64,000 nt of DNA, taken from IMG/VR virus record IMGVR_UViG_3300032242_003291, positions 1 to 64,000 of that record; one strand, written 5' to 3'. The position numbers and the translations under genes were made by a program. The notes beneath the pieces were generated by a model. The model was not told the DNA's origin. It did not search any database and saw nothing but the letters and a program-made list of their open reading frames with translations. Of the stretch, positions 1 through 8,675 are shown piece by piece (position 1 is the stretch's first letter; each line of letters starts with the position of its first letter).

Positions 1-3000
1 CCATTAGAACCCGAAGTTCCACTTGTACCATCCGTTCCATTAGAACCTGATGTTCCACTTGTTCCTGAGCTACCATCCGTTCCATTAGAACCCGAAGTTC
101 CACTTGTACCATTTGTACCATTTACACCACTTATACCTGAAGTACCCGATGTTCCTGAAGAACCATCTGTACCACTTGTTCCTGAAGAGCCGTCTGTTCC
201 GTTTGAACCACTAGTACCTGAAGTTCCATCTATTCCACTTGTTCCTGAAGAACCGTCTGTACCACTCGTTCCTGATGTACCGTCTGTTCCATTGGAACCT
301 GAAGTTCCGCTAGTTCCCGAAGAACCATCTGTTCCGTTTGAGCCTGATGTACCTGAGGTACCATCCGTACCACTTATCCCAGATGTTCCTGAAGAACCAT
401 CTGTACCACTTGTGCCAGATGTTCCTGAAGAACCATTTGTACCTGAAGTACCATCTATACCACTAACACCAGAAGTACCTGAGGTTCCGTCTGTGCCACT
501 TGTTCCTGAAGAACCATCTGTACCACTCGTTCCTGATGTACCGTCTGTTCCATTGGAACCTGAAGTTCCTGAAGAACCATCTGTCCCGTTTAAGCCAGAT
601 GTACCTGATGTACCGTCAGTTCCATTGGAACCACTAGTTCCTGAAGAACCATCTGTACCACTTGTACCTGAAGAGCCATCTGTTCCATTTGTACCACTAG
701 TTCCTGAAGTACCATCTGTTCCGTTCGACCCCGAAGTTCCGTCTGTACCACTAGTTCCTGAAGAACCATCCGTTCCATTTGAACCTGAAGTTCCACTTGT
801 TCCTGAACTACCATCAGTTCCGTTTGAACCGCTTGTTCCATCACTTCCATTAGAACCGCTCGTACCACTTGTACCATCTATTCCATTGACACCACTTATT
901 CCTGAAGTACCATCTGTACCATTTAAACCTGAAGTTCCTGAAGTACCGTCAGTTCCGTTGGAGCCACTTGTTCCGCTAGTTCCGTCCGTACCATTACTAC
1001 CACTCGTTCCTGATGTACCAGAAGAACCATCCGCACCATTTGAGCCTGATGTACCACTTGTCCCATCTGTACCACTTGTACCTGAAGAGCCATCTGTTCC
1101 ATTTGAACCACTAGTTCCTGAAGTACCATCTGTTCCCGAGGTACCATCTGTTCCGTTAGAACCACTTGTTCCCGAAGTACCATCTGTACCATTCGAACCT
1201 GATGTACCTGATGTTCCCGAAGAACCATCAGTTCCGTTTGAACCTGAAGTTCCGCTAGTTCCTGAGCTACCATCTGTTCCGTTTGAACCACTAGTACCAT
1301 CAGTACCACTTGTTCCTGAAGAACCATCTGTTCCGTTAGAACCACTAGTTCCCGACGTACCATCCGTACCGTTTGAGCCCGATGTACCTGAAGTACCATC
1401 TGAACCATTACTACCTGACGTACCAGAAGTTCCTGATGAACCATCCGTACCATTTGAACCTGAAGTTCCGCTAGTTCCTGAGCTACCATCTGTACCATTA
1501 CTACCACTTGTTCCATCAGTTCCAGATGTACCACTTGAACCATCTGTACCATTACTACCTGAAGTACCTGATGAACCATCAGTACCATTTGAACCTGAAG
1601 TTCCGCTGGTTCCTGAGCTACCATCTGTACCATTACTACCACTTGTTCCTGAAGTACCACTTGAACCATCTGTACCACTAGTTCCTGAAGAACCATCTGT
1701 ACCGTTAGAACCGCTTGTTCCGCTAGTTCCATCTGTACCATTACTACCACTTGTTCCTGAAGTACCATCCGTACCATTTGAACCGCTAGTTCCTGAAGTA
1801 CCATCCGTACCATTCGAACCGCTAGTTCCTGAAGTACCTGAGCTACCATCTGTTCCATTTGAGCCAGATGTACCACTAGTTCCATCTGTACCATTACTTC
1901 CACTTGTACCGTCTGTACCACTTGTTCCTGAAGAGCCGTCAGTTCCGTTTGAACCGCTAGTTCCTGACGTACCATCTGTACCATTACTACCACTTGTTCC
2001 TGAAGTTCCTGAACTACCATCCGTTCCGTTTGAGCCAGATGTACCTGAAGTACCATCTGTTCCGTTGGAACCTGATGTACCTGAGGTTCCACTTGAGCCA
2101 TCTGTGCCATCTACACCACTTATACCCGAAGTACCTGATGAACCATCTGTACCATTACTACCACTTGTTCCTGAAGTACCATCTGTACCATTACTACCAC
2201 TTGTTCCTGAAGTACCATCTGTACCATTACTACCACTTGTTCCTGAAGTACCATCTGTACCATTACTACCACTTGTTCCTGAAGTACCGTCAGTTCCGTT
2301 AGAACCACTAGTTCCTGAAGTACCATCTGTTCCGTTACTACCACTTGTACCTGAGGTTCCGTCTGTACCATTTGAACCAGAAGTTCCTGAAGTTCCGTCT
2401 GTACCATTCGAACCAGAAGTTCCTGAAGTACCATCACTTCCGTTAGAGCCGCTCGTACCACTTGTACCTGAACTACCATCCGTACCATTTGTTCCGTTAA
2501 CACCACTTATTCCTGAAGTACCACTTGTTCCTGAAGAACCGTCTGTACCATTACTACCACTTGTTCCATCTGTACCATTTGAACCACTAGTTCCTGAAGT
2601 ACCATCTGTTCCATTAGAACCTGAAGTACCTGATGTACCATCGGTTCCATTAGACCCGCTTGTACCTGAACTACCATCAGTACCACTCGTTCCATTTGTA
2701 CCTGAGGTACCATCTATACCACTAACGCCAGAAGTACCTGAAGTACCATCTGTTCCGTTTGAACCCGAAGTACCATCCGTACCACTGGTTCCTGAAGAAC
2801 CATTAGTTCCGTTGGAACCACTTGTTCCGCTTGTTCCATCAGCACCGTTAGAACCAGATGTACCACTTGTTCCTGAAGAACCGTTTGTACCTGAAGTTCC
2901 ATCTATACCACTAACACCAGAAGTTCCACTTGTGCCTGAAGTACCATCATAACCAACATATCCTGTTAAATTTAGTGTCCAAGAACTATATGAACCAGAC

Positions 3001-4073
3001 CCTACAATTTTTGTTATAGTAAGACTTAGTGTCGGGTAGGTATATGAAGTATCATAACTAATAACAGTTCCAACAAAATAATTGAATTGGTCATAAGCAA
3101 CTACTACTGATTCTCCAATAGTATATGATAAATTATGGTAAGGTTCTGGATTAAATCCAGTTGAACCTCCCACCACTAAAGTTGATAGGTTTAACGAACC
3201 ATTATAAAAACCAACATAATTAGTTGTTCCTGTAACTACCACCGTAATATTCCCACTACCATTATCTATAACCGATGCACCACTAAACGTAATTCCTGAA
3301 ACAGGATTTACCGTTGTTGTCCCGTCACTTACTGAAAGTGCTGAACCCGAGCCTGATGTAATACCCGTAATTGTAACATTTGTACCATTACTATTATTCA
3401 AAGTCAACGTTGAAGTTCCGCTATTATAGGTCCCTCCTGTTACACTTGAATTGAACCCTGAAATAGAAATTGTACCTCCAGTACTATCATACAAATTTAA
3501 TGTTGAAGTACCAGAATAGAAAGTTCCTCCTGTAATTAATATATTTTCTCCATAAAATAATTTCCATCTCGCATTATCATGAGTCACACCACTTACCCCC
3601 TCAACCGAAGAATTTAACCAAGCGTTCACAAAGTTTTGACCCGCTACCGTATCATCAAAACATTGATATCCCCCACCTGATGGAACTAAAGAACCTGATG
3701 TTTCTGCCGCATTCCATAATGTCGCATAATCATCTATAATATATTGGTACGTATTATCCTCTTGGATAACATATACCGACATACCTATTCTTCTTCTTCC
3801 CGAAGAAATTTCATCTGCCTCAATTGTTACAGAATTCGGAATAGAATATGGTGAATTATATTGGTAATTTATTGGAATAGTATTACCTGAATACAGAATT
3901 GTACCATCCGAACCTGGAGGTATTGTGAAGATTAAATCTGATAAAGAATAAACTTCCATGTATCCACCTATCGAGAAGACACTAAAGTTGGTACCTGTAT
4001 TATTATCAAGTGTGACACTGTTAGGTCCTGTTAAGACAATTGGGGATGTTGGGTTTTGATAATTAAAACTCAT
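1..4073 (-). CDS. Collagen-like (Gly-X-Y) tail fibre/whisker protein, partial (>=1357 aa, 3' end beyond the left window edge)
   Basis: ATG at 4073 (MSFNYQNPTSPIVLTGPN...). I read the frame by hand from 4073 to 2941 with no stop; it continues in register into the (GTS/GSS/GTD/GSN)n array to base 3. It is missing from the ORF track because no stop lies in the window. Confidence 0.9.
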   Translation of the reverse strand, partial: MSFNYQNPTSPIVLTGPNSVTLDNNTGTNFSVFSIGGYMEVYSLSDLIFTIPPGSDGTILYSGNTIPINYQYNSPYSIPNSVTIEADEISSGRRRIGMSVYVIQEDNTYQYIIDDYATLWNAAETSGSLVPSGGGYQCFDDTVAGQNFVNAWLNSSVEGVSGVTHDNARWKLFYGENILITGGTFYSGTSTLNLYDSTGGTISISGFNSSVTGGTYNSGTSTLTLNNSNGTNVTITGITSGSGSALSVSDGTTTVNPVSGITFSGASVIDNGSGNITVVVTGTTNYVGFYNGSLNLSTLVVGGSTGFNPEPYHNLSYTIGESVVVAYDQFNYFVGTVISYDTSYTYPTLSLTITKIVGSGSYSSWTLNLTGYVGYDGTSGTSGTSGVSGIDGTSGTNGSSGTSGTSGSNGADGTSGTSGSNGTNGSSGTSGTDGTSGSNGTDGTSGTSGVSGIDGTSGTNGTSGTDGSSGTSGSNGTDGTSGTSGSNGTDGTSGTSGSNGTDGTSGSNGTDGSSGTSGTSGISGVNGTNGTDGSSGTSGTSGSNGSDGTSGTSGSNGTDGTSGTSGSNGTDGTSGTSGSNGTDGTSGTSGSNGTDGTSGTSGSNGTDGTSGTSGSNGTDGTSGTSGSNGTDGTSGTSGSNGTDGSSGTSGISGVDGTDGSSGTSGTSGSNGTDGTSGTSGSNGTDGSSGTSGTSGSNGTDGTSGTSGSNGTDGSSGTSGTDGTSGSNGTDGTSGTSGSNGTDGSSGTSGTSGSNGTDGTSGTSGSNGTDGTSGTSGSNGTDGTSGTSGSNGTDGSSGTSGTDGSSGTSGTSGSNGTDGSSGTSGTSGSNGTDGSSGTSGSNGTDGSSGTSGTDGTSGSNGTDGSSGTSGTSGSNGTDGSSGTSGTSGSNGSDGTSGTSGSNGTDGTSGTSGSNGTDGSSGTSGTDGTSGSNGTDGSSGTSGTSGSNGTDGSSGTSGTSGSNGTDGTSGTSGSNGTDGTSGTDGTSGTSGSNGTDGSSGTSGTDGTSGTSGSNGADGSSGTSGTSGSNGTDGTSGTSGSNGTDGTSGTSGLNGTDGTSGISGVNGIDGTSGTSGSNGSDGTSGSNGTDGSSGTSGTSGSNGTDGSSGTSGTDGTSGSNGTDGTSGTSGTNGTDGSSGTSGTDGSSGTSGSNGTDGTSGTSGLNGTDGSSGTSGSNGTDGTSGTSGTDGSSGTSGTDGTSGTSGVSGIDGTSGTNGSSGTSGTSGTDGSSGTSGISGTDGTSGTSGSNGTDGSSGTSGTSGSNGTDGTSGTSGTDGSSGTSGIDGTSGTSGSNGTDGSSGTSGTDGSSGTSGTSGISGVNGTNGTSGTSGSNGTDGSSGTSGTSGSNGTDGTSGTSGSN
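3..2951 (-). repeat. Gly-X-Y coding array (~327 triplets), including 4 x 36-nt perfect tandem repeat (2143-2286) and a 135-nt duplication (1435/1570)
   Basis: Gly at every third residue, mirrored by Pro at every third residue of the antisense ORF. The unit CCATCTGTACCATTACTACCACTTGTTCCTGAAGTA occurs four times in tandem. Confidence 0.9.
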
Positions 4074-4110
4074 TTTATTTTTTTATTTATTTTATATTAA
4101 TTTTATGGCT

Positions 4111-6069
4111 TTATCCTAAAGTGACTCCTTTGAAGTAAATATCGTTTGTCGTTCCATTAAATCTCATAGTTGAGTTTGTGAATGTTGAATAAACTCTATA
4201 AACTCCAACAGGTAAAGTTGAACCTGTAGTTGTCACAGTTAAGTTATAAATTGAACTTTGCATGTTTGCAACCGTTAATGAGTTAGGGTTACCAGCATTG
4301 TTAAATCCAATTTGGGTTAAGTTTTGTCCATTTGTAGAACCTGTTGGAATAATCCATGTATACCATGCATTTCCAACTGCGGTACCCGCAGGAACTTTGT
4401 AAGTTTGGAATAAGTAAGCCGTAATTGGATTACCATATGCATCATTTCCTCCTGAAACATTAGAAGTAATACCTGTTCCAATTGATGGTGCATTTCCACC
4501 CCATCCTGAATACTGAATGTAATTGTTCATTTGAGTATTGAATGTAATCGGGTTTGTCGAAAGTCCAGCACCTGCACTAAATCCTCTAAACACCCCTGGT
4601 GTTGATTGAGAGTTCATCCAACCTGCCATATTTGAAACGATTGATGTTGGTTCGATGAATAAGTAAGCGGATAATAATGGAACATTAGTTGCTGTTGGTG
4701 TTGTTGTTGGAGTTGGAGTTGGTGTTTCAGTAGTTGTCTGACTTGGTGTCTGAGTTGGTGTTAATGAAGGTGTAGTTGTTGGTGTTTCGGTAGGAGTTTC
4801 AGTTTGTGTCGGAGTTTGCGTAGGAGTTTGAGACACTGTATTTGATGGCGTCAATGTTGGTGTTGAACTTGGAGTTACACTTGGTGTTTGTGTTGGTGAC
4901 TCACTTGGTGTAATACTTGGAGTAGGTGTAGGTGTAGATGTCACATTTGGAGTTGCCCCTGGACTCAATGTAGGTGTTGGTGTTGGTGTATTTGTAGGAG
5001 TTTCAGTTGGTGTTGCAGTATTTGTAGGTGTTACAGTTGGAGTTGCAGTGTTGGTTGGTGTCTGACTTGCAGTTTGTGTCGGTGACAAGGATGGTGTTAC
5101 ACTCGTAGTTACTGTAGGAGTTTGTGTTGGTGTCGGAGTTTGCGTAGGAGTTTGAGACGCGGTATTTGTTGGCGTTAATGTCGGTGTAGTAGTTGGTGTA
5201 GGAGTTGATGTAGCATATGGTGTTGCACCTGGACTTAATGTTGGAGTTGGTGTTGGTGTACTAGATGCCGTTTGACTTGGAGTTTGAGTAATTGTTGGTG
5301 TATTAGTCGGTGTTTCACTTGGTGTTACACTTGTAGTTGGTGTTGATGTTACCGCTGGCGTACCTGTTTGAGTTTGAGTTTGTGTAATAGTTGGTGTTAC
5401 AGTTGGTGATGGTGTTATTGATGGAGTTGGGGTTGGTGTAACGTTAAACACTGTCGTACCAGTATTCGCTGAGAAGTTATACACTGTTCCTCCATCAGGC
5501 GTTGCAGTAAACCCTGTTAATGAAGCTTGTTGACTTAGGTCTACATAAAGTGCATCGACATACGTTTGCGTAAATCCTGAAGTTTCACCAATAGGAATAG
5601 TTACAACTACACTCTGTGTAATTGGACTACCAGTTGTTGTTTGTAATATACTTTGGAAGGCAACACTTACAGGGGCATCAACAGTATATGATGCTGTTGC
5701 AGAATATCCCGCACCAATGATTGAACTTGAGAAGAAAAATCCATTGACAACAATTGCATTTAGAATTAACGATGTTGCTGTTGGTGTCTGAGTAGGTGTT
5801 GGCGTTACTCCTTGAGTACTACTTGGTGTCGGAGTCGGTGTTGGAGTTACACATTCTAAAGTAACAACAACCCCATTAAACATATCTGTTCTTGAATATC
5901 CTGAACCATATAAAACATTATCAACATAAATGCTGAATGGACCCAAAGCATTCGAATTTGAAGCTAATCTTACGATATAGGTTGTACAACCTGTAACTGT
6001 AATTTGTTGTTCAATTTGTGTGTTACAACCTGGTGCGTTATTTACGACTAATATAGTATGAAGAGACAT
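4111..6069 (-). CDS. Thr/Pro/Ser-rich (mucin-like linker) virion/adhesin protein, 652 aa
   Basis: Two TPTPTPS/TQTP low-complexity tracts separate globular beta-rich segments; lies in the fibre cluster. Confidence 0.75.
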   Translation of the reverse strand: MSLHTILVVNNAPGCNTQIEQQITVTGCTTYIVRLASNSNALGPFSIYVDNVLYGSGYSRTDMFNGVVVTLECVTPTPTPTPSSTQGVTPTPTQTPTATSLILNAIVVNGFFFSSSIIGAGYSATASYTVDAPVSVAFQSILQTTTGSPITQSVVVTIPIGETSGFTQTYVDALYVDLSQQASLTGFTATPDGGTVYNFSANTGTTVFNVTPTPTPSITPSPTVTPTITQTQTQTGTPAVTSTPTTSVTPSETPTNTPTITQTPSQTASSTPTPTPTLSPGATPYATSTPTPTTTPTLTPTNTASQTPTQTPTPTQTPTVTTSVTPSLSPTQTASQTPTNTATPTVTPTNTATPTETPTNTPTPTPTLSPGATPNVTSTPTPTPSITPSESPTQTPSVTPSSTPTLTPSNTVSQTPTQTPTQTETPTETPTTTPSLTPTQTPSQTTTETPTPTPTTTPTATNVPLLSAYLFIEPTSIVSNMAGWMNSQSTPGVFRGFSAGAGLSTNPITFNTQMNNYIQYSGWGGNAPSIGTGITSNVSGGNDAYGNPITAYLFQTYKVPAGTAVGNAWYTWIIPTGSTNGQNLTQIGFNNAGNPNSLTVANMQSSIYNLTVTTTGSTLPVGVYRVYSTFTNSTMRFNGTTNDIYFKGVTLG

Positions 6070-6085
6070 CCGCGGATTTTTATAT

Positions 6086-6093
6086 TATAAATA
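6086..6093 (-). promoter_or_regulatory. TATTTATA promoter-like motif
   Basis: Sense-strand TATTTATA 16 nt upstream of the ATG at 6069; one of at least 15 similar sites. Confidence 0.55.
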
Positions 6094-6156
6094 CCACATT
6101 TATAATAATGTTATCCATCGTTTGTAAAAATAATTAAAACTTATTTAATTATTATT

Positions 6157-6543
6157 CTATATTACACAGGACGGGTCTGAAAAAGACAAATTATTTATAA
6201 AACAAGAAGGGTCCGTAACTACCACTCCAAAATTACAACTTGAGTTTTGAATATTAATATCAACAACACAACTTGCCATCTCAATAGTAATTTGGAATGT
6301 ACAACCAAAAGTACATTGAAGAATCTTAAATACTTGGCAATTATTAGCGTCAACCAATAAAAGCATTATTTCAGGTGCTGTTTCGAAAATTGCAGGAATT
6401 GTTGTATTGTATTCTACAACAGGTGGAACAGGACCTGGATTTATTTGTCCAAGAAAAGTTTGATGATTACCATAGACATCTGCTATGTAAACATTAATTG
6501 GGTATGTACCCCCTGATATGTCTGTAATTCTTACCTGCGTCAT
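6157..6543 (-). CDS. Small Cys-containing virion/fibre-associated protein, 128 aa
   Basis: Start revised to ATG 6543 (MTQVRITD), which overlaps the upstream TGA as ATGA. Contains a SprB-like LVDANNC motif. Confidence 0.65.
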   Translation of the reverse strand: MTQVRITDISGGTYPINVYIADVYGNHQTFLGQINPGPVPPVVEYNTTIPAIFETAPEIMLLLVDANNCQVFKILQCTFGCTFQITIEMASCVVDINIQNSSCNFGVVVTDPSCFINNLSFSDPSCVI

Positions 6544-8675
6544 GTTAAGCACATTGTATCATAAACAATTACAAGGTCAACAATAATTTCTTGTCCGTTA
6601 AGTGATGTACCACTTGCGTTTGTTTGAATTGTAATTTGATTTTCAAGTTGATTTATTGTCACATTTCCAATACCTGGTATACTCAACAACAACTGTGTTA
6701 AAGTATTATAATATAAATTATCAGATGGAGCGTCATTTAATGATGTTGATGTATAGAATGTTGCACTTGCAGTGTATCCTGCAGGTTTTACATATACGTC
6801 AATTGAAAATGTTGCAGTTATTAAGTTACAATTTGTGTTTCCTGAGGTTAAATCTACATATCCTTCATTTAACATTTGTAATAAACCATACTTAACAGGT
6901 GAATTAATATTAAACGATTCAGAGCCCATTACATATGTTTGATAGGATACATAATTAGTATTACAATTTATTGTTGTACTTCTTTGTTGTGAACACCCAT
7001 CATTATCAGTTATAATTAAATTATATGTTCCCGCAGTTAATCCTGATACTTGAATTTGTTGTGGATTTCCAATAACATTACTAGACCAATTAAATGTGAA
7101 TGGTGGATTTCCTGTAGAAATAAACGCTGTTATTGTTCCGTTATTTCCCGTACCACAAGAAGTACTATATAAAGTGTAGTTCAAAGGTTGGCTTGATGGT
7201 ATATAAACATTTGAAGTTTGTACACAACCTGATGCGTCTGTCACAGTAACAATATGAGTGCCTGAAGGTATGTTTGAAAAAGTTACTTGGTTTAATGCAC
7301 TATTTTGAATAACAAATAAACCATCAACTGAATATGTTATTGGTAATGTTGCTCCTGTAGTTGAACTTACTTGAATTTTTCCATTAGTTTGACCACAACT
7401 TGTAGGTGTAATTACTGTTGATATTGTATATTTGTTTTCTGTAATAATTGTTGTTTCTTGCATGTAAGAACAACCTGAATTATCTTGGACAACTACAGTA
7501 TACGTACCTGCGGAAAGAGATGAAAATAATTGTGTTGTTTGGGTTGTATTTACATTTTTTTGGTTTCCGTCGGGATAAATTAATGTATACATATAAGGTG
7601 TTAATCCTCCTGTGACACTAATAGTTATTGAACCGTTAGTTGTTGAACAAACTGAATTTTCACCTGTAACAACAACTTTAGAAATTCCGTTAGGTGATTG
7701 TATTGTAATACCTGCATTAAAACTACAAAGTCCCGCATCAGTAACTAAAAACCCATAAGCTCCAGCAGAAAGACCTGATAAAGACCAAACATTTGAATAT
7801 GATACTAAAATTGTTCCAGTTGACGCAGAATAATAATAAGGTGCCGTTCCTCCTGTAACTGTAAGATTAATAACACCATCACTATTGAAACATGTTGGTT
7901 GTGTACTTGTAAATCCACCTAACCCCACTGGTGGTACAGTATTTACAGTTGCTGTTTTAGATTGAACACATCCAAGAGAATCTGTTACTGTAACCGAATA
8001 TTGTCCGTTAGTTAATCCTGTTATTGCTTGAGTTGTGGCACTGTTGCTCCATAAATAAGTGTAAGGACCTTGTCCTGTTTGTCCTGTAACAAATAATTTA
8101 CCATTTGGTAGATTTGTACAGGTTGAGTTTGGAACCGCGTAAATTCCAAAGTCCATTGAATACGATTGTTCGATTATGAAGTTTTGACTTCTTCCTGAAC
8201 ACCCCCCTAAATCATAGGCAACCATATAATAGGTTCCAGCAGTTAAATGAGCAAAAACAACATTTGTTTGATTTGTTGTTGCAGATTGACTATATGTACC
8301 ATCACCAAAATATAAATAATAAATTGTGGATGAATAAACGCTTGTTGATGTTCCTGTAACAGAACCATTATTTAAAGAACAAGTTGTATTTTGAGTTGAT
8401 ACAATACTACAACAAAGTCCACTAGATACTGGTATGTTAACATACACTTCATTATTTATTGGTAAAGTACTGTCATTAATTCTAACACTATAATTACCGT
8501 ACCATAGATTAGTCTTAGTTGCTGGTGTCGTTGTTAAAATATCTGTACCTAAATTAGGTGTAATCCATTGTACAGTGTATGGTGGAATTGCACCATATGG
8601 TAAAATACTTATCCCCCCCAATCCATTTTGAGAACAATCCCCACTAACAGATAAATTATATGATATTGCAGACAT
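6540..8675 (-). CDS. SprB-repeat protein (putative tail fibre/adhesin), 711 aa
   Basis: Six repeats ending in Y/H-x-V-x-V-x-D-x-x-G-C (VAYDLGGC, VTVTDSLGC, LVTDAGLC, VVQDNSGC, VTVTDASGC, IITDNDGC), preceded by GL-x-AG-x-Y, typical of Bacteroidota SprB repeats. Confidence 0.75.
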   Translation of the reverse strand: MSAISYNLSVSGDCSQNGLGGISILPYGAIPPYTVQWITPNLGTDILTTTPATKTNLWYGNYSVRINDSTLPINNEVYVNIPVSSGLCCSIVSTQNTTCSLNNGSVTGTSTSVYSSTIYYLYFGDGTYSQSATTNQTNVVFAHLTAGTYYMVAYDLGGCSGRSQNFIIEQSYSMDFGIYAVPNSTCTNLPNGKLFVTGQTGQGPYTYLWSNSATTQAITGLTNGQYSVTVTDSLGCVQSKTATVNTVPPVGLGGFTSTQPTCFNSDGVINLTVTGGTAPYYYSASTGTILVSYSNVWSLSGLSAGAYGFLVTDAGLCSFNAGITIQSPNGISKVVVTGENSVCSTTNGSITISVTGGLTPYMYTLIYPDGNQKNVNTTQTTQLFSSLSAGTYTVVVQDNSGCSYMQETTIITENKYTISTVITPTSCGQTNGKIQVSSTTGATLPITYSVDGLFVIQNSALNQVTFSNIPSGTHIVTVTDASGCVQTSNVYIPSSQPLNYTLYSTSCGTGNNGTITAFISTGNPPFTFNWSSNVIGNPQQIQVSGLTAGTYNLIITDNDGCSQQRSTTINCNTNYVSYQTYVMGSESFNINSPVKYGLLQMLNEGYVDLTSGNTNCNLITATFSIDVYVKPAGYTASATFYTSTSLNDAPSDNLYYNTLTQLLLSIPGIGNVTINQLENQITIQTNASGTSLNGQEIIVDLVIVYDTMCLT

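Noticed and set aside
2143-2286. Possible CRISPR array
   Set aside because: The 36-nt units are contiguous with no unique spacers, lie in frame in a CDS, and no cas genes are present.
590-2902. Minus-strand MVQ/MEL-repeat ORFs in the track
   Set aside because: Off-frame reads of the same repeat, broken by stops; the true frame is continuous from 4073.
292-2952. 886-aa plus-strand PEVPSV-repeat ORF
   Set aside because: Antisense shadow of the Gly-X-Y gene: GGN codons give CC every 9 nt. It ends exactly where the repeat ends and has no distinct domain.
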